64,000 nt of DNA from Lepidodermella squamata. Lineage: Eukaryota; Animalia; Gastrotricha. Both the position numbers and the translations under genes were made by a program. A model generated the notes under the pieces. The model was not told the origin of the DNA. It did not search any database and saw only the letters and a program-made list of their open reading frames with translations. This document shows, piece by piece, positions 1-12,549 of this stretch. Position 1 is the first letter of the stretch. Each line of letters begins with the position of its first letter. The DNA lies in the NCBI GenBank assembly GCA_047495785.1, contig JBLDXI010000001.1:248001-312000 (forward strand), in the 5' to 3' direction.

Positions 1-1538
1 ATTTCTTTCGCTCCTTCATCTGTAAAGCCTTTCGCAACTGCGGCTTTGGCGTTCGCTTCGTGAATCGACCGAACTTTTGCGCCGCCAGCATGCGTCAAGT
101 CGATACTGACACAAAGCAGGCTCTTTAGAGAGACTTTTGGTTCGGATTGAAAGATACTGGGCCCGCCGACAGCGTAAAATACAACAATCAAGGCAAAACA
201 TCCCATCACCAGAACTCCTTAAAATTGCAGTCACATATAAATATGAAAGACTCAAGTGCTGAAATCATACCATATTTATTCAGGCGGATGTTTATAGATA
301 CCATGTTTAACATTAACTAAACTGTACGCCGCAACAAAATTAATGATTTCCGATAACAAACTTATTGATAAAAACAAGCACCAGGCCAGTAATATTAGAT
401 CAATTAGCGCGATATATCATAAGACGCGGCATAAGACGCGCAATATAACTAAGTGTAAGATGGATGAAAAGGTCAGCGCTAGGTTGAGATGTGAACCAAT
501 GTCACTGTGTAGTGAAGTTCCGACGAAAAACTAGCGAAAATGGGGTAATGGGTAATCAATATTGAAATTTGAAATAAAAAAGAAGATAATAATAGTCAGT
601 AAGAGATTAATACCCATGGCCAGATAAATGCGCATAAAGTCAATTTCACGTGCATCCTGGCACGCTAGTTTATGGTCGCCAATAGCCAAAAAAACATTAG
701 CGTAATTGTTATGCGTGCCAGCATGAGCGTTTAGCCATACGAATCTCTAACTGGACGTAATATCAACTTGGCCAAGGAAAATGGAAAAAGAAAACTAAAA
801 GAACATTTTGCTCGAAGCTGAATCGGGGATATCTGAATAACATATCCAATCCGATCCATTGAGCCACCTTCCAAAAATAATATTATCAGAGCCGAATCTG
901 ACTGCCGTTGACTTGATGTGAAAAATAAAAAATAGGTATCACGCTAGTTCAAAATTTCAAGGCACTTGCGGATAAAAGATTCATCTATGTGCTGCGCGCT
1001 CTTTTCGATTCGATTCTATGCGATTCATCGATTCTTCACTGTCATGAATTAAACGCGTTATGGTATTAAAAAGAAATGGATAACGCGTTACGGTTTTAAT
1101 TAATTACGACCAAATGACCAAACAAATCGATAACGCGTTACGATAAATGGATAACCCGTTATGGACTTTATGAGATGTGAACTGTTACCGAGTGGTCTTC
1201 AAAGAAGAACCTAGCAAAGCTGCGGATATAAATTCAAGTATAAAAATAAATGAATACTAGAAAATTGCAAAACGCATGCCGAAAAAAGTTGCAACAATTA
1301 TTTTCGACTGCGGAGGAAAATCGGCTAAGTCCGCAGTTTTTCAGTAGCTCATATGGGGAAAACTCTGTTTCAGCTTAGAATGGTTGCGTGCATGAGAAGG
1401 AGACAAGTATCGTTAAGTTGACTTCGCCTCTAATTCACTCTAGTGCTATACCAACCAACCAATGAACGAAAGCTGGCTAAGCATTTAGGTACAGGAGGTT
1501 ATTGCTGTTCGAACGCATTTCTATTCATCTCTTTTCAG

Positions 1539-1992
1539 AATTTACTTCAGACGAAAATTAAGCCCGACATGTTCTAACCAACTGATTTTAGCCAGGAGTC
1601 GGAGATCACGTCGACAAGCTCTATTTCCATCTGGAAGAGGTAAGTTGCCACCTATTGACTACTTATTTCTCCTAATAGCGAAGTACAGATGCATTGTTGC
1701 GCAGACAACTCGGATTCACCCCGAAGTAGCGCGGCAGCAACATTCAGCTGATGAAAAGGTAAGCTTACGTTGATTTATTGAAGAAATTGTCCCTAAATGT
1801 TATTTTCCACAGATTGGCCAGCCGGCTGCTAAAACCAATTGCAGTCAACAGTCAACGGTTCTAAGATTCGTCATCACAGGAGTGGATCATTGCTGGAAAA
1901 TTACGTGTTCTCTAACTGTCTCACTCGGAATGAAATCATTCGAAGGTCTCGATCTACTATGCCTAAAATATCATAGCCAAGCTGCAATTTGA
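1539..1992 (+). other. Possible small spliced transcription unit (orphan ORF or lncRNA)
   Basis: Acceptor TTTTCAG at 1538, donor GTAAGT at 1640, acceptor TAATAG at 1678, donor GTAAGC at 1759, acceptor TTCCACAG at 1812. One joined frame stays open to TGA 1990-1992, and AATAAA lies at 2179. No recognisable domain and no start codon identified. Confidence 0.25.
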
Positions 1993-3740
1993 AAAGGCCT
2001 TAATCTTGCAAGTTGCCCAAACAACTCCTACTCACAGACAGTCGATTCCAGGTGTGGAAATGGCAAATCAAGACGAATCAAGTCAACCAACATAACAATT
2101 CAAAGTCGATTAATTTACTGATTATGATTGTGATCATTCTAAAGATGATTTGTACGCTTGCTTGTGATAAGTGAAGACAATAAAAGATTATGTTTAAAAG
2201 AGAGTCTTATTGGCCATCCAAGAGTCCCTAACTTTGGTCAGAGTACCCGCGCAAGTTTGGCGAAGGTTAACATTTGTAAATAAATGACAGGCTATAAGGC
2301 TAATAAAATTAGCGATTTAATGATTTATATATTTTTGAATAGAATTTGGAGAAAGCTCTGATCGCAGGTTTTTGTTAGAAGATGAGGCGCAATGCGCAAA
2401 TTCCTAGGCGCAAGCAACCGTGGCGATTTCAATTTTTCAAAATGCCATCATCCTCTCAAATTTCAAATGATGAACTGATGGCGACTGATGAATTTTTGGG
2501 ACGCCGAGGTGCGCGTTTGGGGTGTAAATGTAAACGAATCTCAGCGCCAGGCACCCTCTCGCACCCTCTACTCCATTGCTGCGCGCAAAAATCCAAAGCT
2601 AACGAGTGGCCAGCTCATGGAATCATAACACTCCGTATTAAAGGATGAAACTATGAAACCCAACCGTTTCTCACGGAACAGAAACTGACCGACGCTTTCA
2701 TACCTTACACATTAACGATACTCGTATACCGACCGATAAAAACCGATCCTCGAAATCGGCATGATTGCCAACACTTACAATGCACTGACCTTACATACTT
2801 GCACGACTCCGATAGCAAGGGTAACAGTCACTACGATAGGCAGGCCCTCTATAAAATCCGCAAGCGAGACGGAGATATGGAGATATGGCGAACAACTCCA
2901 TAACTTGATGGCTTTGTAAAAGCTCAGTCAATAAAATAAGGCTGATAATGTCGATTGGGCTGATGAACAAGTAGAACAAATTCATTTGGGACACTCGGAT
3001 GGAACACGTAGACATAATTGTAACACTAGAAGTTTCTTTTCGTCTCGAAGAAACCGTCGAAAACAGCGAGGCGCCGCTTGAATTCTACCATTTTATGACC
3101 AGACCATGGTGACGGGCATTCGCCAATTGCACTACGAAAAAGCCATGAAAAACAGTTGGAAAATGAATTGGCAGCATAAAAGCGCATTAACACCTGCTCG
3201 AGTGCAAATACAGCTCTAAGCCTCAGAAGCAAAACAAACCGCCAAGCAAACCACATAAATAAGTTAGTATAAACCTGGTGGAATGGAAGCTGGACTACGC
3301 TCAAATGATCAGCTCAGCTTGTTTGACGTTTGACCCATTCCTTAAAACAACACAGCTTAGTGTACTAGCTCAGCTATTCTCCATGATAGTACGCTCAGCT
3401 TTATATGCAGAGATGAGATGGTAACTGGACAAGCTAAGCTTAGGCTGAGTGTTACTTGAAGTGCAAGGGGACAAAAACTCCTGTTTGAACACGAGTGGTC
3501 TTCAAGTTGTACGCTTAATTTTCAAGTTGTTTGTTCTTTCGATTTTTATTCAGAAAGAGTTTCTCCTCTAGACACCCTCATGTTAGCATATTATTTCTGA
3601 ACTCGGTTCAACATGTAATACGCATAAATATATAAATGAACAAATTTGAATCACCATAACAATGCAAGTTAGTCACTTTGATTCTCCGATAGATTAATTT
3701 CAACTTGTATAATGTATTAATTTTGGAAAGCGTGCTGAAA

Positions 3741-6700
3741 TCACAGGTCACCATTCTCCGTACTGTCGATGATGGTGTCATTGGAGGTCGATTGTGTCGC
3801 AGGTAGCTAGAAAATAGACATTCATGCAGTCTGCAGTCTTATTGAAAACTAGCTTCAGTTTTACCTCAGTCAGAAGGACAGCACCGTGCTCCTCAGTATT
3901 TGTTCCGTAGAGAGGATTCGAGAGACCAGAACCTTGGTTCAGTCCTGGAGGGCCAGCTGGCCGTCTAGGTAAAAATATAGGTTAACCTATTTTGGAGTGA
4001 TAATTTATTGCTGAAGTCAGACCTGAATCTGTTGATGAGGTAAGCAGTCAGCCCTGATGCAACCACCAGCCCTATGATGCCGAAGGTGATTCCCAAAATC
4101 AACGGCAGATCATCTCCATCCGCATCTAAGGAAGATGAGATAAAGACATCACAATATTCCTCACTATTAAACTAACCAGGCTCGCCGATGGTAGTAGTAT
4201 CAGGTTTTCCAGGGGTCGTCCCATCACCTGGCGTGGTTTTAGGGCTTGACGTGGTACTGCTACTTGACGAGGAGTCAGCTGGCGTTGTCTCAGTCGCCGG
4301 ATTGGTTGCGCAGAATTCTTCGTCGCTACAGTTGTCAGCTTCACAGTCGCATTCGCCATCGCAAACAAAGCTGGCAGGGATGCATACCACGCTATTTGGA
4401 GAGCATAGGACCTGATTAGCTGGACATTCTGTTATGTTGCTAAAGGGTGGCTGATCGGTAATGCAGGTGCTTGATAAGCTCAAGTCATCGATTGCCATAA
4501 CAGACAACGGGTTCTCGTCAATTTCAGCGATCAGGTAGATTTTGAAGGGCTCATCAGACTGAATTGGAATTGAGGTGTAAACCCATGTATCTCCATAAGA
4601 TTCTGAAAGAGACAGTAACACTGTGGCTATCGGCTATCAATAATCTAGTTTCATTTACCTTTCGTGGTGCTGCCTTGATCAATGTTCCGAAGGCTGTACT
4701 GATTTCTGAGCTGAGCTATTTTGCTCTCCGTTCCGTAAGTTATAACCTAAACATAAATAATTTAATTGTCATTGATTCAAAGGTTTCGAATGCAGACCTT
4801 CAGGCGGCCAGTGCCTCTGCTAGATCTAGCCCGGTACATGTAGTAGTAGAATCGATAGTGGCAGAAGGCGAACGAAACAGACGGATAAACCATGGACGTG
4901 GAGAGTGTGGCAGTTTCCAAAATGTCGGAATCAAGCGATGATGTATCGACGTAAGCGACGCGACCTGTAGCAGCGTCGAAGGTATGATCTCTCCGTGGAC
5001 CGTTCTTGATGGTGCCAGCTTCAGCGTTCTGCCAAGCTAAGGTGTCATCGGGAACGCTACTTTCCAAGCTGCAGAACTTCTGCCAGTTACGATTTTCGAA
5101 GGTGCAACTGCCTGGCGCTCGCAAGGACTGACACTTGCTTTCGTCTTCGTCACTGCCGTCGCGACAGTCAGCTTTAAAATCACAAACTTGACCTGATGGG
5201 ATGCACCTAGATCCATCGGCGCATAGGAAGTCGTAAGGGTTCAAGCACGTAACTGCCGGAATTTCGGGGGAGCAGTCGATCCAGAGCAAGTCGTCGATCG
5301 CAATATTACAGCTAATCGATCCTCGAATAGCATCTATTCTCACCTCGAAGCCTGGAAAACATAAATTTCAGGTAGAATCTATGAAGGGGCCTAATACACT
5401 ATTTCGCAGGATATATTTGGCTTTTCGAGGCGACAAATATCTTACACCTCAGAAAATGTTCTAGATGCGTAACAGAAAAAAGTAAGTTTTGAACAAGTTT
5501 ACTTACTATCTGGGGCGTAAATTGAAACATTAGCTTGTTGCCAGCCAACCAGCTCTTTGGATTGCTGAATACCGAAGTACTCTGTGACGCCCGCTGAAGG
5601 TGACTTGACTGACACTGACAGTTTACACTGCTCGGACACGGTTCCCGAATAGTAGGCATAATACCAAAACTGTAATGTACACGCAGGCGATGCATGTTGG
5701 AAGACGGTTGACACCAAGCGAGCTCTCTTTCCGGCAGATCCTCCTCCGGTCGTGAAAAGGTAGCCACCTTTGTTGCCACCGGTGGTGTGATCCCCGGGGG
5801 GCCCGCTATTAGGACTGGTATATACCGTGTTTTTCCAATCCCATGTACCTGTTCCGTCTTGCGAATTCCGCCAGTTGCAATAGTTGTCCTTGCCGGAGTC
5901 AAAGTTGCACGATGTACTGCATGTAGCCTCGTCACTTCCATCGCTGCAATCGTTGATAAAGTTGCATCTTTGGGCCAAGGTGTAACAGCCGACGCCACTG
6001 GCACACTTGTAGCTTCCCCGTGACTCATCGCAGGTCGGCGCAAAAGTTGTGGTAGTGATGGTATCCTCGCCAGGCAGCATGATGTTTGAAGGGTGGCAAC
6101 CCGGAGTCATCGAAATATCGTCGATAGCGATAGCTCCACCGTAGGCCGTTGTTCCCGTGATACCCAAGAGTACAACTTCGAAAGGCTTTCCAGCTTCAGC
6201 GGGAATAGCGATGTCCTGCCGTGTCCAAATGTCTCCGAACTGGCTCGTGAAGTTGGCGACGTAAACGTCAGTGAGCGGAGAATAAGACTTCCGCATGAGT
6301 ACGTGGAAGGTGCCAATATTATTGCCGGGATTAAAATAATACAACCAAAACCGCAGTCTACACTCTTCATTCGAATCGGTTACAATGTAACGCTGAGTGG
6401 ACTTATAGCGAGCATATTGTTCTCGCCACAGATATTCATTGTTTAGCAGGAGGATATGGCCCGTGGGTTTATGAGTCGTGTGGTCATACAGAGGATAATC
6501 GTTTGTGTATGAATTGCGAGCTTGGACAACGCGCCACTTGAAATCTCCAGCTATGATGTCATCGCCCCAACTATCGCAATCGATAGCCGGGTCGTCAAAC
6601 GCGCACCGAGCAATATAGGTATTGGCACACAAGGAGTTCTTCAAAAATTTGAGATATTGCATGGAAGCCACAGAAAATTTGATATTCCACTATACCTTTT

Positions 6701-9700
6701 CATCCGAAGATGAGGTGACGTCGGACGGATTTCCATCTCCACATTGGTCAGCGAAGTCGCACAAGTATTTTGGATCAAGGCAAACACCAGAGCCAACGCA
6801 TCTAAATTCAACGTCAGGCTTGCACGAATCCTTAGGCTCCAAGCCTTCACAGTTCTCGAAAGCGATATTATCGATTGCAGTTATTGCGGGTAACTCGCTA
6901 CGATATGACGCACCAGTCTTTCATTACAAAACGTGATCACCATTCAGAGTGTGAAACGGCGTTAATTACCTTGAATTTCAAGTAAAATGGCGAGTTATGT
7001 AAGCCGAGTGGAATTGAATGTTTTTTCCAGCTTTGAGGCTTGTATGCCTTCGTTGCCCATAAACGAGCTGATGTCATCGGCAGGGATTCATTCACAGCAT
7101 TAGGTGTTAACATGTACACATCGAGATTGCCTCCATAGCTAGATCCTTGAATGTACATGTAGTACCAAAAGCTGATTTGGCATTGAGGGCCCGTGGATTT
7201 TACTGGCCAGGCCTGAGTCAACTCAGTGCTTTCATAGCTAGTAGCCGCCAGTGAACTGTCAGCGCCAGCATATTTTCCTTGGCCACCCCTGTAATCCCTA
7301 TCCGGGCAGGCTCCTAGAAATGCGCATTTAAATTCACCTTAATATCAATAATATTTCGCAAGAATGAACCTTTGCAAGTTTCCTCGATATTTTTCGGATC
7401 CAACTGCTTCCACACAAACCTAGTATCAGACGATGGCAACCAACCGGCGGATTCAAGTGAAGAAAATTCGTTGAAAATGGTCGGATTTTTCACTGTAGAT
7501 ATAACCCGACTATTCATGTAGAAAAATAAAGTAGTGAACTTACCACACTGAGGAGGCGATTCATCTTCGGCAGCCGGGCAGTCGTTGACGAAGTTGCATA
7601 AGTAGTCGCGACTGATGCATGGGTATTCCGGGGCAGACTTATAACAGAAGAACAGCGATGAATTACTGGGGCAGGGCGCCGGAGTGGTCGATGGAAGAGG
7701 TTCCAGGGTTGTGAAAACTGGCAACTCCCTTCAAGATTCCGAAATAATCAATAACAGTTTCGATATGTGAACAAAAATTTACTTGTTTGGAGCCAATCGG
7801 CAATATTCCGTGAAAGAGATATCGTCGATAGCCACATCGCCCGTATAAGAGGCACCAGAAATAACTTCAAAGATTATCTGATAGTCATCCCTAACGTCGC
7901 TCATGTCCACAACAGCATTCAGCCATAAATCTCCAACTTCACCGCTTCGGCTCCACTTTTTGGTCAGGGGGCCATTTATCAAAGTGCGATAGTAGACGTT
8001 CAGAGTTCCGATATCAGAGCCATACATATGGTAATAAAACCTTAGCTTGCAGTCCTTGCTCTCGCTTCCCGAGAAGGTAACATTAGATGCTAGCCACGCC
8101 CTGTGGAACTTCTTAGCATCCGAAGATTCAATGTAGTAGTAATGACCACTCGCGTTAGCAAACGAATGATCAAAGCGCGGTCCTGTCTCATATGAAGAAG
8201 TTGGCCCGGCATTCAGTTCCCATTCCAAATCCAAGCCGTTGAAATCATCAGGCTTGACGGGTGAAAAGTAATCGTCGAAAGGACCACCCTCGAAAGTAAC
8301 AACGATTCTACCAGGGCATACTTCATCACTATAATCCCCACAGTTATCAGTTCCGTCGCAAACTACATGGCGCAAATGAAATCGGCTAAAAATAACCATG
8401 AAATTCAAAGCAAAACAAACCCAAGGCCTTGGAGATGCAAGCGCCATTGCCACACCTGAATTCATAGGACGGGCAAGTGGGCTGCGGAACAGGAGCATTG
8501 CAATCGACGTAGGTGAAGTCGTCAAAAGCAATTATACTGGGCATGCTCGTCGGAAAATCTATTATATGTCGCAAGAAAAACTGGAACGGTTGCTTCTGTT
8601 GACCAACATCTGCCGTGAAAGATTTCCAAGTTCCACCGGTAGATCTGATATAACTTAGTTCCCACAGCTTCAACTCCGAGCTCGAACCGTACGGAATTAC
8701 TCCAAACTCTACCTCTTGGTCGTAATTTGAAACAGGGAAGTAGTACCAGAATGTCACCAAACAATGTCGATTAGTAGTCGAGAAAACAGAGCTCAACGCA
8801 AGGGATATCGTCTTTTTAAACCTGTAATCTGCCGAGGTCCCGTTTGGCCACGAAGCAAGCTTTATAAACAAAAATTAGTTAAAAAAATAACGCACATTAA
8901 GTCTTACGTAGTGACCACTTTGATCTAAACGGGTATGATCAGCAAGAGGTGCGTTAGAAGTCAGCAACCGGCTGCCAGATGCTCTAAGCCAGGCTATAGT
9001 TGGAGAATTCCCAGAAACTTCCCAACCGCAATTGGATTGTTCGAAACCACACGGTAGGAACATTTCTGCCGGAGGAATGGGCTTTGGCGTGGTAACACCA
9101 GCGCATGGGCCGCTTTGATCGAGCATCAAATCGTCGATAGCAATGTCGCCTTCTCCCGCAATTGTTGACATCTCGCCAACCAAAACAATCGAATACTCTT
9201 GATCGGCCGTTATGATAACTTTGCCTTGCTGCCACTTGTCACCCTGGTCGCCGGTCACACTCCACGCAGTGTAGTTTTGCCATTGTTGTCCGGTAGGATA
9301 GAGAACCTGAACACTCAACGTGCCGGCGCTTCGGCCGTTCATGTGGTACCAAAACGTGAAGCAATGACCCTCCGTCGAACCGCTGACGATCTCACTGGCG
9401 TAGTACGCTCTACGTGGTGCACCGGCTGTAGATTGAGATGATGAGTCAATAAACATGTAGTAGCCGGTTTCGTTGCCGTACGTATGATCGCTGCTAGGCC
9501 CTGAATAGCGACTGAATGTTGCATTGTTGTTCCGAAGCCACTCAATTTGAGCGATTTCGTAGACGTTACTCCAGCCGCATTGAGCGTATTCGAAATCGCA
9601 GGTAGCGACCGCTGCGCAACGGCCATTTCTGACACCTATATCATCGATGGCTATATCGCTGAGCGCAGAATTGCCTACAATTGCCTCAATTGCTACTCGG

Positions 9701-9825
9701 TAATCGCCACTCTGTTGCGAAACGGTGAAATCACTTCGCGAAATCTCAATCTTTCCTTCCCACCAATGATTTCCGTGATTACCCGACCTGGAGAAAGTCA
9801 CTCTGCGGTTCTTGCTTGGGTAAAC
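3741..9825 (-). CDS. Giant MAM/LDL-receptor class A domain protein (MALRD1/apical endosomal glycoprotein-like), 3' part: end of the interrupted MAM domain, about 7 further MAM and 5 LDLa domains, TM helix, cytoplasmic NPLY tail; multi-exon
   Basis: ORFs show repeated MAM signatures (CxFE...W...GPxxDHT...G(Y/H)Y...FWYxMxG...W...IAIDD) and LDLa signatures (C..G.C....CD...DC.D.SDE). TM exon 4023-4126 reads LPLILGITFGIIGLVVASGLTAYLI, the next exon reads ...GLSNPLYG..., and the last exon ends ...ENGDL* with TGA at 3741-3743. Confidence 0.9.
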
Positions 9826-9827
9826 AT

Positions 9828-10025
9828 CCCAGGAGAATTGGTCTTAGCAAGATTCTTCGCTGCAGCTGCGATGATCAGCAATTATCTTTAATGATCAAGC
9901 AAGATCAGCTAAGTTCCTGCACGATCTTGCAAAATCTTAGAAGATCTTAGCTTAGGTCGCCTTCAATGATCTTGGCTGATCTTGGTTGGTCTTAACTTAT
10001 GTTCGCCGTCTAAATTAATATCTTG
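9828..10025. repeat. Left TIR plus subterminal repeats (CAAGAT / ATCTT(G/A) units)
   Basis: TIR at 9828-9839 is followed by many GATCTT/AAGAT units, including TGATCTTGGCTGATCTTGG at 9967-9985. Confidence 0.8.
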
Positions 10026-10931
10026 GATGAGTTTCTCAGCTGCTTTTATCTACGTCTTTGTTCTTTATAACTGGGACCTTATTGCTGCAATAAAACCGTT
10101 CGATGAAACAAGCGAATTCATAGCTGACAACTGCGCTTTTATTTGCCACAGGAAATGACGACAAATCGACTATAATATTTTATATCGTAAATACAAAATC
10201 ACGCAGGAACCGAAGTACAAAAGCATATGAAGCATATTAAAAAACACATATAGAAAAGGACAAGACAGAAGGTATAACAGACAAACAAGCCGAGAGCTAT
10301 AAAGCATATTACGCAATAGATATAAAAAGGCAAGATAACAGGCATAACATAATTATAGAAAATTTTCAGGGCAGACAAACACATTTATTGCGCGAGTAGA
10401 CAGCACAATAATATAATTTGAAGAGTTGAGAACAAATGATTTTCGAATCAATATTAAAATATTTGGAAGCATATTTAAACTAAAAACCAGAAAAAACTAA
10501 AAAATAATTAGGCAAACACTGCAAACTAGCTCCTAGAATTTTCAGCACCAGCTATAATGGTGAGATGTAAAAACCAAGACAGGATTTGGAATCGGATGAA
10601 GTTAAAAATACCACGAACTATTGGATTTTGAAAAATTTTGTACCCCCTTTCGTCCACCAAAGCTAGAAACAAACCGAGAACAAATCAATCTAATTTGAAT
10701 CGAAATTACGAAAAAATTACGATTTTAGAACCTATTGAACACCCTAAACACCAGACAGGATCGAATTTGATGAAGCTAAAATTATGATTTGAGGAAATTC
10801 CTAAGCCCCAAAAAAACCCTAGCAATGCTCGAATGTGACGAATAAGCTAAAAACGGTTTTATGAAATTTTGAACCAGATTTAGAACCCTGAATTATGCTT
10901 TGAGCGCAAATTAACACAAAAAATATATAAC

Positions 10932-12549
10932 TCAGTTGCCGTTGCTGCCGTTGTTTTCCTTGTCTTCTTCTTCTTCGATGTCGCGAATTCGAGCGCCGAG
11001 GTCAGACGTTGACGGCTGACTGCTGCGACGGCCTTTGCGGCCAGCACGCCGGGAGGCCTCGTCGTTGCCCCATTGGTTTACCGCGTCCCGAACCTGGGCC
11101 CACTTCAAGGCCGCGTTGTCGGCCCCGAATAGACCGTAGAGAGCTTCTAAAAACAGAAAAAGAAACAGTTAATGAGATAAAAAAAATGATTAGAACGATG
11201 GTTGAGCAACGAAAAACTAGATCAATTAAATCACGTACTCTTAAGCAAACGCAACTGGTCACCATGGGTACGCTCGGTGATCGGCTGACGCGGGCTGCGG
11301 GTACTTCTCGGCTCGATTATCGAACTGACGAGGGCATCGGCTCCGAAAATTACTATCGCCGCCTCGATGGCCCACTTCGTGTGGCCGTGCAGCACGCCGC
11401 CAAGCATGGCAAGATCCACATCGCCATAGATGAAGCGCCCGGTGTTGTTGTTCGAATTCGCAGCGCCTTGCTGGGCTCGAAGGAACCGGCGCAGCTCGAC
11501 CATCAGTGTCTCGAGCTATAATAACAGAGAAAAAAGTCAAAGAATTTCATCGAAAAAACCACCTTAAAACATTAAATTTTAGAATGAGCAAAGGGTTTAC
11601 AGTTGAGAATGAGGATTTTGAATTCAATTATTTTTAAACGTAATGTTTGAAATTATTTGACTAAAAAAGTCAACGAATTCCAACAAAAAAACACCTAAAA
11701 TTCAATTTTGGAATAAGCAAAGCTCAATAATTTTTAACAAAATTCAGCTACGGAAAAGCAATTATTCAATTTTTGAAAGATTTTTTCGCAGTCGAAAACC
11801 GAAAGAAAATAAGCCGAATAACAAATAAAATGACCTACTCTTGAGTCGCGGCCATCTGATGAAGTCGACCCGCTGTCGGCTGGCGTAGAAGCAGGGCGCG
11901 ACGATGGCGTCTCTTCGATAGTGGATGATGATGGCGGGCGTGCAGACGACGACGACGACGGCGTAGTTGACGCGTGTTGAAGCGGCTCGCTCAATAGCTG
12001 GCGAAAAGAGGCAGGTGACGACGTCGGCGTAGCTGAGGCGTGCTGAGACCGCGGACGCGGCGGCTCGCTCGAGAGCTGGCGGACTGGCTGACTGGCGGAC
12101 TGGCGGACTTGCTGAGACGACGTGGCTGCTTTTCGGCCCAGCTGCATGGGCTTCGGAGGCGGCATCCGAACAAGGTCGGCCGGAACCGACTTCGACGGTG
12201 TAGGTGAAGGAGATGGAGACGGCGATGGAGACGGAGAACGAGATGGTCGCAGAGGCACATCGTCGTCCTCAGTGTCGCTGCTGATGACCACGGAGCGCTT
12301 CGCTTTCTTCGACTTGGTCGGCGGCTGTGCGTTCATGCGAAGGATGGCGTCGTGCGCGACTTGAATTTCGGCCTCGGAGCCGATGGCGGCGATTTCGGCG
12401 TCGTACAAGTTGCCGGCGTCTCGCCAGTTGATGCGAAGACGCCCGCCTACAACCAGTTGCTCAGCTGTAAAGCCTCGCAACATGTTGTCACCAGACCGCA
12501 TAATGCTGAGCGTGCGATCTTTGGTCCACAAAATGAGAAAATGTTTCAT
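10932..12549 (-). CDS. Transposon accessory protein (~400 aa): Tudor/SH3-like beta-rich N-terminus, Ser/Pro-rich linker, C-terminal BEN-like domain
   Basis: Exons 12549-11839, 11515-11239 and 11146-10932 join through GT-AG introns into 1203 nt of open frame. The C-terminal segment AIVIFGADALVSSII...RQPI...DQLRLLKKALYGLFG...KWAQVRDAVNQWGND fits the BEN pattern (lF..e.L...S...r..ld...l..ik......W..ir.ain). An in-frame upstream ATG at 12615 is an alternative start. Confidence 0.7.

Noticed and set aside
2382-3304. Short ORFs at 2382-2648, 2791-3015 and 3026-3304
   Set aside because: No domain motifs and no consistent exon chain could be built.
11002-11540. Overlapping ORFs 11009-11521(+), 11002-11265(-) and 11259-11540(-)
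   Set aside because: They are shadow frames of the GC-rich exons of the accessory gene.
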